In this document: in pieces, positions 25,901 to 36,320 of the stretch | How positions within the stretch are numbered: the stretch's first letter is position 1 | Layout of the letters: every line of letters begins with the position of its first letter | NCBI GenBank assembly: GCA_965112155.1 | Contig: OZ218102.1 | DNA length: 64,000 bases | Source: Podarcis liolepis | Taxonomy: Eukaryota | Reading direction: 5' to 3' (one strand) | Notes under the pieces: generated by a model | Databases searched by the model: none | What the model was told of the DNA's origin: nothing | What the model saw: only the letters and a program-made list of their open reading frames with translations | Translations under genes and position numbers: made by a program

Positions 25901-28900
25901 TTCACCCCAGTTACTCAGCAAAGAAGCATATGGCGTGTAAAAAACCACTGAGTCATTGAATCCTGCCTGCCTAACCTCCTGCTGCTAATCACTACCTCGG
26001 GCATGATCCCTTGAATGCTGAGGCCAGCTCCTGAAGCAGCACTCTCCATGGTTGCAAAAGAGTGAGGACTGAGCCCATATGCCCTACCTTCCCGCTCTTG
26101 AAGGAGGGAGTAGCATTGCAGGAGGACTTCAGAAAGCGTTTGGATGCCCTGTGCACGCATTCGAGGATCTGCATTCTTAAGAGGAGACCTGTATTTATGG
26201 ACACAAAATGAAGATTTTACAGGCCATAGCAGGAAGAGAATCAGTGAAATATGTTGGGGGGGGGGCAAAGAGAGACAATATTCTGATTTAATTTGATGAT
26301 TCAGTTAAGTGATCATTTTCCCTTCCATTTGCTCAGGGCTTCATAAATTATGGGCCAACATAAAAGTGATTAGGAGAAAGGCTGTAGCTCAGTGGAAGAG
26401 TACTTGCTGTGCAAGCAGAAGTCCCAGTTTCAATCCCCGGCTTCTCCAGGTAAGGCTGGGAAAAACTCCCTGCCTGAAACCCCAGAAAGCCAATGCCAGT
26501 CACTGTCAACAATACTGGGCTAGATGGACCAATGATCTGACTCTGCCCAAGGCAGGTTCCTATGTCCCTATATTATGTGTTTGGCTTCCTCCCTTTTGTC
26601 CAGGGCATCATGATTTATTGGCTGGTTTGGGCTAGTTTAGCTTTAGGGAAATGGAGCCTAGGCCCCACCAGGCTCACATGCTCCATCATCTGACCATCGT
26701 CTGGGCAACAGGAGTTCAGAAGCTTTGGCTTCTCTTCTTGATTAACTACAAGCTCGCTGCATCACTTAAACCTTGACAAACTGTGGTTAATCTTCACTGT
26801 GAGAAGTGGAAACAAGCCAGCTTCAAATCGCAGTTAATGAAGTTGGCTTGTTTTCACTAACTATTAAGATTAACTACAGTTTTGGGTTCACATGACATAC
26901 TAAACCATGATTAATCTAAAACTGAAGTGAAAGTTTTCAATCAAGTGGTGACTATGCTGAATGAGGTGTGGGGGCCAGGTAGTGTGAAGTCTGTGGGGAG
27001 GCTAGGCTCAGTCTGAATTGATTTGCTTATTTATTTTTAATTTGTACTTATAGCCCACTCTTCACCGAATGGCCCCAAAAGTATCTCAATTAAAGCAATA
27101 TCTGAATGCAACCTATGACTTGGATTTTGTAGCCAACCACTTTGTCATGGTAGCCTGTGCTGATGTCTAACCCTGCCACAATATGCTCAGCATCAGCTAC
27201 TGGCACATTACTGCCGATAGAAGACTGCTATACAGTTTAAGGTAGGGATCAAGAAGCTGTGGCCTTCTAGTTGTTCTAAGACCTCAGCGCCTACCAGTCT
27301 CAGCCAGGATGGGCCATGGTCAGAGATGATAAAGGCTGCTGTGGTCCAACAACACTGGAGAGCCAAAGGCTCCATGTGCCTGGTTTAAATTCCAATGAAT
27401 TCAAGGTTGGTGGGAACCACAGTAATGAACCCAAAGCACAAATTAGATTAACGGTTAAAATGCTTCTGCACTATCTGAGATATATATACACAAAAAACAA
27501 CGTTTGCAGTTGTTTAAAGAACACTGACGTGTCAATATATTCTTCTTTGCTCTGTTCTGGTTCACCACAGAGGTGCTCTTCACTCGACAGACACTTCCTT
27601 GCAATGAGCAATGACTACATCTGGCAGTCTGACCATCAGGATAAGAAAGGGAGTTTTCATTTTTCCCTTTCAGGCTGATTCCCACCAGAGCAATATACTC
27701 ATATTAGGAATGTGAAGGGAGTGTGGAGGGAGAGCATTTGAGAGAATAACTACTTGTCTAGTAAATTTGTGGTCAAGGTAAAATTTAACCAATGATTTCC
27801 TGGCTTGCAATCCAAATTTAACCTTGATGCTACATTGAGAGGACGGCTTACCACCACCATTTAATGTAGCCACCAGCCTAGGCCAAATATCTACCCATAA
27901 GAGTACCCTGCAGTTTATCTGGTTGACTAAATGGAGGCACTAGCAACTGCTCTGCTAACAATATGTACACCTAACTGCCATGGAGGCACTCTCCTCTCAG
28001 ATTGCAAGGGAAATACTGGGAAGACCTGAAAGCATGTAGCCCAAAACCTTTAGTTATGCAATGCAGCTGAAATTCATCCCAATGTCAGGATAGCAAAATG
28101 CTACCACCAAACCCACAATGCTATTCCAAAGTTTCACGATACCCTAATCATGTAAGTCATTTTATCTGAATTGAATTTTGCCCAGCATGGACAAAGGGCA
28201 TCCATCAGGCAGGCATTAAGCACTGAACAAAATTCTAATGTTGTTGCAGTAGTGCAAAGAGTCATCCTCGACACTGGCATACATACATCCCAGAGCAGTA
28301 AGCTCTTACTTACTTACTTACTTACTTACCCCAAGTTTTCAACAACATCTAAGATGGTGCAGGTCCCAGCTTTTACTCCTAAGAAAAAGGAAGTATCAAA
28401 AGGTTAAATCACGATAGGTAGTTAGTTACACCAAACTAAGCAGCACTTCTTAAAACAAATTTAGACATGGGAATCCATGTTCCAGGTACAGTGCAACTTG
28501 CCTTTCTTGTTTGCACAGCTCAGAGGCAGAGCACATGATCTGCATACAGAAGGTCCCAAATTTCCTTCCAGACATATCCAGTTAAATGGACCTTTTGCTT
28601 GTATGGCGCAATGGCTCAATTGGTATAAGGCAGTTTCTTATACTTCTTATCACAAATTGAAAAGCATTTAATCTACAGGAAAAGAAGTGGGAAGATGCAT
28701 TTGCCCTCCACATCTCTGCTTCTCCAGTACAGTGCTCTTCCCCCACCACCAGCAAGCAACACCGTGCTAGTCTGTCTGTCCTAGTCTTTTGAAAATGGAA
28801 GGGTTAGCTAAGATTCCTTGCAATGATTCTTCCAGCCAGGAAAATAATAGCCAAGAAGCATACTGCCTCTCTAGGCTACCGGTAGATAACCATGTGGTCT

Positions 28901-31900
28901 CCAAATGTTCTAGACTAAAATTCCTATCACCCCTAACCATTAAGCATGCTGGATGGGACAGATGGAATCCAGAAATTTTAGGAAGTGTCAGGGTGCCTAC
29001 CCCTGCTATAGGCCCTTAACAAAACAGACAACCTTTCCCAACTATTTGTAAAGAGGTCTAATTGCAAAAGTGAATGGCAAAGGAACATCAGTTCTCAAGC
29101 TAGTACTGACACATCTCTGAGATACTGTGCAGTTCATTTAATTAATATGCCTTGGACCAAGTAAGACTTAATTAAGCAGGTGCTCATACAGCTACTTAAA
29201 AGCTTATTGAGTGCTACAGAAATCACAAAGACAGCATACAGAAGCAGAGCAACAACTGCTGGCAGTGAGCAAGGCACAGTTGACTTAGTTAGCTTTTCGT
29301 CTGGGGATGGTGTGTTCTCCAGGGAAAGTAGCCTGCCAGATCACTATTCAAACAACCTCTTACACAAGCAAAAATGCATGTGTTTGTATACACCTGTTTA
29401 AAAGACTGGGATACACAGGTGACTCAAGGCAAACATTGCTTAACCCTGTCCCCAACCCTAAACGGTGGCATAATACACTTTCTTTTTACACCAGAGGAAA
29501 AAGCCCCAGTCAGCTTCTGTCCTAATCAACCCTGTGATTAGCGGTTCATGGGTAGCTGCCCTCCTTTGCTCAATTCACTTGAGCACTCACCTGCATTCCC
29601 AGTGACAAAGAGGAAAGGGCACCTGTCATTATACTGCACTGTCTTGCTGCATGCCTGCTGGCAACTCCAAACATGAGGACTTTGCATCCCTGCAGGAGTC
29701 CAGGAGCAGTGAGTTGGCCTTATCGCAAAGGGTTGCAATGAGCCTGAAAAGGCAGTGGCTGCTTGGGTCTGTGGGTATGTCTTTGCCACTTGAGTGCTCA
29801 CTTAAGGACAACAGCTGCTTGACCTCAGATTATGGCTGTGATGATAAACACACTTATTAGGAAGTAAAACCCAAAGAGTCCAATGAGACTTATTTCTGAG
29901 TAAGTTTGCTTAAAATTACACTATATAGCCAATACATTTTATATCTAAAGCGTCCCAAAATTTCAAAAGACTTTAGTCATCTGTTCCCCTAGTGACATTA
30001 TGTATGTATGTATGTATGTATGTATGTATCTCTGGACCATTTGCCTATGTTGCACAGACAGCTTAATTTGTAGAGTTGCACAATACATTTTAAATGATGC
30101 AAAATTTCATCCAGATGCAGAAGATTTATTTATTTCATAACATTTATATACCACTTGATGGCAGAAAAATCTCAAAGTGGTTTACAAAAAGAAGTTCTAC
30201 CACTGAAATTTAAATTGCCACCCACATTTCACAAATTTAAATGTTTAAATTGAATTTTGAAAACTTATTTTAAGTTATTCCAAAGTTCAAGTTCAGAAAC
30301 TGCAAATCAAGAAGCCAGTGGCAACCATCCCATCCCTGCTGAGCAGTTCTCAAATCACCTCATTAGCAGTGGGGAGAGCTGTCCAGCAGCCTCCTTCATT
30401 TTCTCTAGATAAAGGCATGAAACAACCTGTCACTTGAAAATACTATCTCTCTTACAATTAGAATAGGGAGGTGGGAGGAGACGGCATGGGAGTACAGAAT
30501 ATCTTCAATCAAGTTTGGCACAATTTGTTAAAACAGCTGATAGAGTGCTGAAAGAGCAGTGTGAATGAACCAATTATAAATCCTGCATTCTATTCTTTTT
30601 ATCAGCATCTCACTCTCAAAAGTACAAGGCGTACTAATTAAAGAGCTGCAAGATTTATTTTCTTAGGAAGCCGTTCTGAAAGCCAGGAGAACCATATTTC
30701 CAAGAACACCTCTATACTTGAAGGCTGGTCCAGAACCTAATTTGGAGAGCCTGTGTTGCTTAAAAGGAAGGTTGTTTAAAAGTTACTGCACTCCTGTCCT
30801 CTTCTCAGCTGTATCTGGGGCAAGTTCAGATGTGTTAACTATGTTCAGTATATCATTATTCCCATTAGTAAAGTTGGTGTCCTGTATGCATACACATTGG
30901 ATGCCAAAATGAGCCCAAAGAGAAGGCAGTGACAGGTTCTTACATACTGGGGGACCCTGAGATAAGCAAGACAATATTGGGTTTGTCTTTAGAGATCCTC
31001 AGCTCTTCCAAAACACAAGCAGGGTTCAAGGGCTGCGCATGCACAATGCCCCCATGCTGCTCTCCAATACTGGCAACAGAAAGCAGCACACAAAAACACA
31101 ATGCCCTCAGCCTCTGGAGTTGGGAGTTAACTGAAGATCTATCTGTGCAAGCATAATTTCGTGGTTCATGAAGTTGGAATAAATAGTACAAACATCTAAA
31201 CGCAGATGACATCTACATGTGGATGTCATCTCATTCACACAGTCCCTGATCCAGTGAGAGTTAGAGATATCCATGTGGATCATTGTTTCCATACACAGAT
31301 CTCCTTAGGTCAGGATGAGGAAGCATGGTTGATTGACAAGAGAAAAGTTTAAAGCTTCACTCTTTGTCCTTCCATCTTCTTCCATTTCCATGAATGTTTT
31401 TCAGAAGGCCACAGTGAGTATTTAAATGAAAACAACGTGTTTAGTTTGTTTTTTGGTCCCTATGTATATTACATGCCTTACCATAAATTATCAAATTTTG
31501 TTGCAGGTCTACACTTGCAATACCTATTATGAACCTCACCAATGCTACTAAAGTTTGCAGCATTGGCAAAAGCTGTAGCTGTGCTACAAACAGCCTTACA
31601 AGTACTACTCACCCCTCAGAAATCTAGGAGTCCTGAGTTCCAAAACTCACAGAGTTATATGGGTTAACTTGCCTTCATGTGGAAACATGGTAAAGCAGCT
31701 CTTCATACAGCTGCAGCTACATCATGATGAATTCCTAAGTGGCTACCACACCACAAATAGTCATCTGAATTATGATAAACCACCTATATTTTCTTATAAA
31801 ACGTTAAGTAAACAAGCCAGTGTTTCCAGGAAGAAAAGTATGCCTCTTCATGATGATAGAAACTCAAGAACACTTCAAAATCCTTTAACAGTCTTTAAAT

Positions 31901-32741
31901 GATTCGTTCTTCTCTTGTATTTTTAAGGTAGCTTGGGTGATTAAGGTTTAGGTTTCCCTATCTTTTCATAGTTTTACAGTACAGGCAAAGGAAATACATT
32001 AATGAATGGTAGAAAAGAACAGGTCAAGGAAACAGGAAATTATATTGAGTATGCCCAGGTCGGGCTCTCTGTTGATCTGATCCCCTGGAAAAGTACATTC
32101 CTGCAAACACACATATGGTTTTATCTCTAGTCAGCCTTGCCCACAGCAGCCTCCTCGTACCCAACCTCAATACACGCGTCCAGCTCATTATCGTCTCTGA
32201 AATAATCTTCAGGAGGCGAAACAGCTCGTTACTTTGCCCCTAATTAATGCCGTGCGTCACACTGCCTCGCCCGATCAACACCCTGCATGCACCCACCGTT
32301 ACCGCATGCCCGACTAGCCCTAATTAATGCCAGTATGCCTGATCCCGATGTGGGTGGATGGAATGAAGTTAGGCAGAGGCACTCTGCACACGCCCAGAGA
32401 ATCTCGTTTGCATTCCTTTACACACTCCCCCGAATGAATTCCGACAGTGAATTCCGATCCTGAGCACAGATCCAACTGGGCGATCTTTCTCCCTGGCACC
32501 TAAGCTCACCTCCTCCTCCTCCGTCCCCGCAGACCACCCCTCGAACCGCCGTTTCGGTTCCCCTCTCGCCCCGCCCGCGGCACTGCCGGAGCCCGCCGCC
32601 TGCTCCCCGGCCCTGGCCTCTGCCCCCCGCCCTATCCCCACACGCACCTTCCGCCGCCTCTCTGGCCGCGCCTTCCCGCTCCCAGCCCGGCAACAGGGAC
32701 GCGTCCGCCCCCACGTCCACCTCAGCCCCACCGGCCGCCAT
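11362..32741 (-). CDS. MMS19: MMS19 homolog, cytosolic iron-sulfur assembly (CIA) targeting component, HEAT-repeat protein, 1020 aa
   Basis: 31 exons in transcript order: 32648..32741, 28330..28378, 26088..26188, 25057..25142, 24341..24415, 23306..23375, 23090..23218, 22683..22744, 22433..22519, 20993..21067, 20648..20725, 19932..20070, 19454..19608, 19157..19235, 18139..18264, 17739..17820, 16712..16809, 16240..16371, 15337..15492, 14963..15062, 14504..14606, 14326..14403, 14027..14153, 13763..13863, 13629..13685, 13357..13543, 12795..12877, 12361..12525, 12209..12268, 11951..12051, 11362..11389 = 3063 nt, all GT-AG and in phase. Motifs GFIQVMDGEKDPRNLL, ELFEVTSCYFPIDF, LDDKKRLVRKEAVAARGEWFLLG. 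Confidence 0.97.
11455..11758 (-). mobile_element. L1-like LINE 3' fragment in the last MMS19 intron
   Basis: T-rich tail; TGACTTCCC motif shared with the 2374-3037 element; degenerate ORF2-end-like sequence. Confidence 0.55.
12547..12695 (-). mobile_element. tRNA-derived SINE with CR1-like tail
   Basis: Minus strand GGATAGCTCAGTTGGTTAGAGCATGGTGCTGA (A-box); related copies at about 15878-16032 (-) and 58945-59090 (+). Confidence 0.75.
14646..14820 (-). mobile_element. L2-like LINE 3' end
   Basis: GTTGGAAGCTGCCCAGAGTGGCTGGGG...ATAAATAA on minus; same as the 22140, 51655 and 56487 copies. Confidence 0.7.
15878..16115 (-). mobile_element. Two adjacent tRNA-derived SINE copies
   Basis: 15878-16032 matches the 12547 family; 16036-16115 is the head of the 26375 family. 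Confidence 0.7.
18622..18835. mobile_element. Non-autonomous inverted-repeat DNA element
   Basis: Termini GCATTTAAAGCA...TGCTTTAAATGT; internal CTGGGAACTGTAG and CTGGGAATTTTAG repeats. Confidence 0.6.
20268..20537. mobile_element. Tc1/mariner (Tc2-like) MITE
   Basis: TIR CTGTATTGGCCCGAATGTAAGTCGCAC...GTGAGGCTTATATTCAGGCCAATGTAG; TA flanks; internal GAATATAAGYCGC repeats. Confidence 0.85.
22140..22279 (+). mobile_element. L2-like LINE 3' end with compound (TATG)n(AAT)n(AAG)n tail
   Basis: GTTGGGAGCCGCTCAGAGTGGCTGAGG...CAGATGGGC followed by microsatellites. Confidence 0.7.
22860..22899. repeat. (AG)n microsatellite
   Basis: About 20 AG units. Confidence 0.97.
26373..26570 (+). mobile_element. 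tRNA-derived SINE with CR1-like 3' tail
   Basis: GGCTGTAGCTCAGTGGAAGAG A-box, GTTTCAATCCC B-box, tail GATGGACCAATG...AAGGCAGGTTCCTATG; related copies at about 28515, 38320, 47418, 51140 (-) and 58718. Confidence 0.75.
26778..26883. mobile_element. Palindromic MITE-like element
   Basis: AAACTGTGGTTAATCTT...GAAACAAGCCAGCTTCA / TGAAGTTGGCTTGTTTTC...AAGATTAACTACAGTTT inverted arms. Confidence 0.65.
28305..28329 (-). repeat. (GTAA)6 microsatellite forming the MMS19 exon 2 splice donor
   Basis: (CTTA)6C on +, directly abutting the exon end at 28330. Confidence 0.95.
29999..30029. repeat. (TATG)n microsatellite
   Basis: About 7-8 units. Confidence 0.95.
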
Positions 32742-33450
32742 GATAAAGCGGAGAATAGCAGGGCAGGCGAGAAGCGCACAACGCGCGTGCGCGTCCCCTC
32801 TGTCACGTGTGAAAACGACAGGGACCAAGTGGGCATCACGTGGCAAGAGGCCACTCCAGCAATGGGCGCAGTTCGCGGGGAGGGCCGTGGAAAGGCAGGG
32901 GCGCAGCCCGAAGGGAGGCGGCGGGCAGGCCTGTCAAAGGTCAGGGCGGGCGCCTTAGGCCGGGTCACGGAAGGGGTGGGTTTTGCTTTGCGTTAAGAGG
33001 GCGCACAACACGCGGGAAGCGCAGAAGTGAAGCACAATGCGGCTTCACACAACCATCCCGCCGATGCGAACAGGCTTCCACGCGCTCGAAGGAGGAGGAG
33101 GAGAGCGCTGCGTTGCGTCTGCTGGAGACGTAGAGGCTCTTCATTCTCGGAATGCCATCCCCGGATATACAAAGAATGCCACACGCACTTTTATGATTTT
33201 GTTATTAGAAGCGGCGGCTTAGTGTCAAGATGCAGAATTGTTTTCCATTTGCTTTAGGAGGCCTAAAAATACCAGGCAAGCGGGCAAAACACGTGCATCC
33301 AAGGAAGGAAACACTCAGACCTCTAGTTTCTGTGAGGAAATCGTTTTAGCCGTCCACGCTCCAAGTATAAATTATGGCAGCGGTTCTCACATGTATCCGC
33401 CCACCTACCCGCGAACTGCAGTACACTTGGAGGAGGAGGAGGAATGCAGT
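32400..33450 (-). promoter_or_regulatory. CpG island / promoter and first exon of MMS19
   Basis: CpG-rich; CACGTG E-boxes at 32804-32809 and 32837-32842; GC boxes; ATG at 32741 in ATCATGG Kozak context. Confidence 0.8.
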
Positions 33451-35429
33451 GATCAGGATAGGGATCATTGTGGTTTGGTGTTAGTAGTGGAATGGATAGA
33501 TCTCAGCATCCAGCATCCTGCTCCACCTATTTATCTTTCAGAAGTCTGCTGTCTTTGCTGGTTATCATTGCCACCTTCATAAAGAAGTCCCATCTCCAGT
33601 GCTAAAGAATGAACAATTACAGTACATTTCCAGTACATTTAATGCTTACAGTGTGCAAATGGTTAGGGTATTTTTCAGTAGGATAAATATGCACATCTAA
33701 TCTTTTCCCCTGAGCAAAAGTCAGAGAAAGCTTGCCCTCTGAACTAATGCAAAGCACCAACACTAATGTTGTCTTGGCATTTACTAAAAACTAATTTTCT
33801 CAGGCCTTTGCTGGCTATTTATATATGTTGGTTTTATTTTTTTTTAAGTTATGTCTGCCCTGGCCTATCAACTGCTGCTTTATTTTATATTGTAATGTAT
33901 TTTTAAAAAATGTACACCATCTTGTGGTTTCAAATTAAAAACAGCATGTAAAGATTTTAAATAAGGACATTTGTTGCTTTTAAAATACATTTCTACAACA
34001 AAACAGTGCTTATTCCCAAGCAAATGTATTCTGCATCAGGCCAACACTATTCCTATATTTATGATGGTGCTATGATTTAAGTGCTCAAGTTTTCAAAAAG
34101 CAAAAGTCTGCATGCTCTTTTTAAATTTCTTTTTAGTATCTGGATTAGCAAAGTTTTCTCTCTCTTGCTTCAACATCATAGCAGTTGTAAGGCACTGATG
34201 ACAGTTGGGGTGAGAAGAGGCATGTTAATGGTGTACTTCAACTGAGGTATACATACAACTATCTAAACCACACACACAACTCACACATACTTCAGAAAGG
34301 TCATTAAGTCTAAAAGGTCTAAAATTACCTAGCTGCACCACTTGCCAACGCAGCGTTACCTTCAAAGGAATAGTTATGAGATAAGAGATATAATGGAAGA
34401 AGTAGGATAGTTATGACATATCCAACACTCTTGATGGGACTAACAGCCTGAGAAAGCGACACCTGGATTTGAATGTGTGTGACCCCATTTGGGGTTGGCC
34501 AGAATGGTAATTGACACCAGAGATCAGAACAAAATCCTGAACTTGCCAAGTCCTCTCTTCATAGCATCCAGCATTATTATATAACAATGGTCAGCTTTCC
34601 CAGTGGACACCTCTGCGGCACTAAGCTGGCTTCCCAGTGATAATCAAGGCCTAAGACTGACAGGTCTGAGAGAGCATTAGTTCCATCATCACTCCTCAAA
34701 AGCAGATACGCAGAACCTCTCCCCCGCCAGGCTGTAGCAATCTAAATTGTTCAACTAATACTGTACTAAATTATTAATATGTACATCAATATAACACGCT
34801 GCTTTACAGAGTAATAAAAGTAAAGGCGCACCCTTGACCAAAGTATTTCCCCAGCCCCATCATAGTAAATAGGGGGCTGAAGGCTGAGGGTTGAAAAGCT
34901 TCATGAAAAAGGCAGGTATTTTTAAAAACGAAAACAAAAAACCAAGGGATTGTAAGGAAGGAAGGTGGCTCCCTTTCATGTTTTGAAAGGGAGTCCTATG
35001 CACCCAGGGCAAAGGCGAGGCTCTTCCACTGCCCATAGGGTAGACTGCGATGTCAGTCTTGCTAAATCCAACTCCCGTTCAGTACAACAACATCGCCTGT
35101 CACAGATTATTGCTGGGCAAGCTGGCTCCTCTGCAAGGTAACAGGACTTTGGAATGTGAGCCCCAGCAGGGCTGTCCGACTGCTCTAGCATTTGTTGGCA
35201 TATAAAGAGCCAGCCTTTGCAAATTATTATTATGATTATTAATTTCATTTCTATACCACTTTATATTTTAAAGAAAAATCTCAAAGCGGTTTACAGAATA
35301 TTAAAACATCAATAAAACAATCTGAAGAAAGTCAGATATAGAGTATACAGTCAAAGCAACATAATTAACAGAAAACTAAAATATTATCTTAAAAGATTTC
35401 AAAATAAAACATTACAAAGCTGGCTGCCC

Positions 35430-36320
35430 TAAACTGGGCCTGGAGGTCGCGCCTCGTGAGTGTTTTAGGAGGCGACTGAGGAGCAAGTGAGCGGGGGGCG
35501 ACGGCTAGCAGCCGCCCGCTACGAGCCCAGGCCGGCTCCCGCTGCTCCCGCTGTCGGGGGCGCTGGCTCTGCTCGCTTTCTCCCGCCCCCGCCCCCTGCA
35601 GAGTGGTAGCCCGGGTCACGGACGATCCTCTTCCTGGGGCTGGCAGAGAGAGGGCGGAGTGGAGGCCGGGCTCCTGCCGCCGAGTCACATGCTCACCTGG
35701 AGAAGGAGGAGGAGCGCGAAGTGTCTCCCAGGGCCGGGGGATCCTCCCCGGCTCAGATCCCCAGCTCTTCGCGGAGTAGCGGCTGCGGCGGCGACGGCAG
35801 AGGCAGGCATTGGAGCCGCTGGGCCGGCCTGGGCTGGATCCAACCTGAGAGGGCAGCAGACCTTAATCGGCGCCTCCCGTTCCGCAAGACTCCAAAGCCC
35901 CGTCTGGAGGGAGGCGGAGGCGGAGGCGGCAGCCGCGCCGCACAAAGTTTGCGTGCTCGTCCGGAGGGCGGATTGGGGATCCGGCTCCATGCGGAGCGGC
36001 AGAGCCCGGAGCCGGGCTCAGGCGGGTAGATCCATTGCAATCGCAGCCTGGGGTTGTCGCCATGGGCAGCTGCGTGGGGAGGCAACACCGAGAGCGGCCG
36101 ACCACCCCGGGGCACCCGCGCAAGCGAGCAGGTGAGCGCCGCCGGTCAGGCACCCTCTCGGTGCCGTGGCAGCCCGAACGGGCAAGGGAATCTGGGCCGC
36201 TGGAAACACAACCGGGGTTGGGCCCTTGCAGACACTCCCCTGGGGGCCCTTTGCTGGAGAATTAACTTGTCTCAGATCCCCCACTCCCAACTCCCACCAT
36301 AGTCGGGCACCGAGACCACT
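35430..36320 (+). promoter_or_regulatory. CpG island / promoter and first exon of UBTD1
   Basis: Very GC/CpG-rich; Sp1 boxes CCCGCCCCCGCCCC near 35582; GCCATGG start at 36062; donor CAG|GTGAGC 36131/36132. Confidence 0.8.

Noticed and set aside
26373-26450. tRNA genes (also near 12650, 16000, 43050, 58720)
   Set aside because: A/B boxes are present, but cloverleafs are degenerate and each continues into a SINE body or tail.
28700-32000. Nested gene or snoRNA in MMS19 intron 1 (minus-strand donors near 29590 and 31612; ATGATGA motifs)
   Set aside because: The candidate exon ending near 31612 has stops in all three frames, the ORFs are unrecognisable, and I found no C/D box pair with a terminal stem on the host strand.
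32196-32232. Second hammerhead-like motif (CTGAAATA...CGAAAC...GTT)
   Set aside because: Core does not match CUGANGA and there is no stem I.
32369-32968. Long ORFs over the MMS19 promoter
   Set aside because: GC-rich artefacts; only 32648-32741 fits the spliced model.
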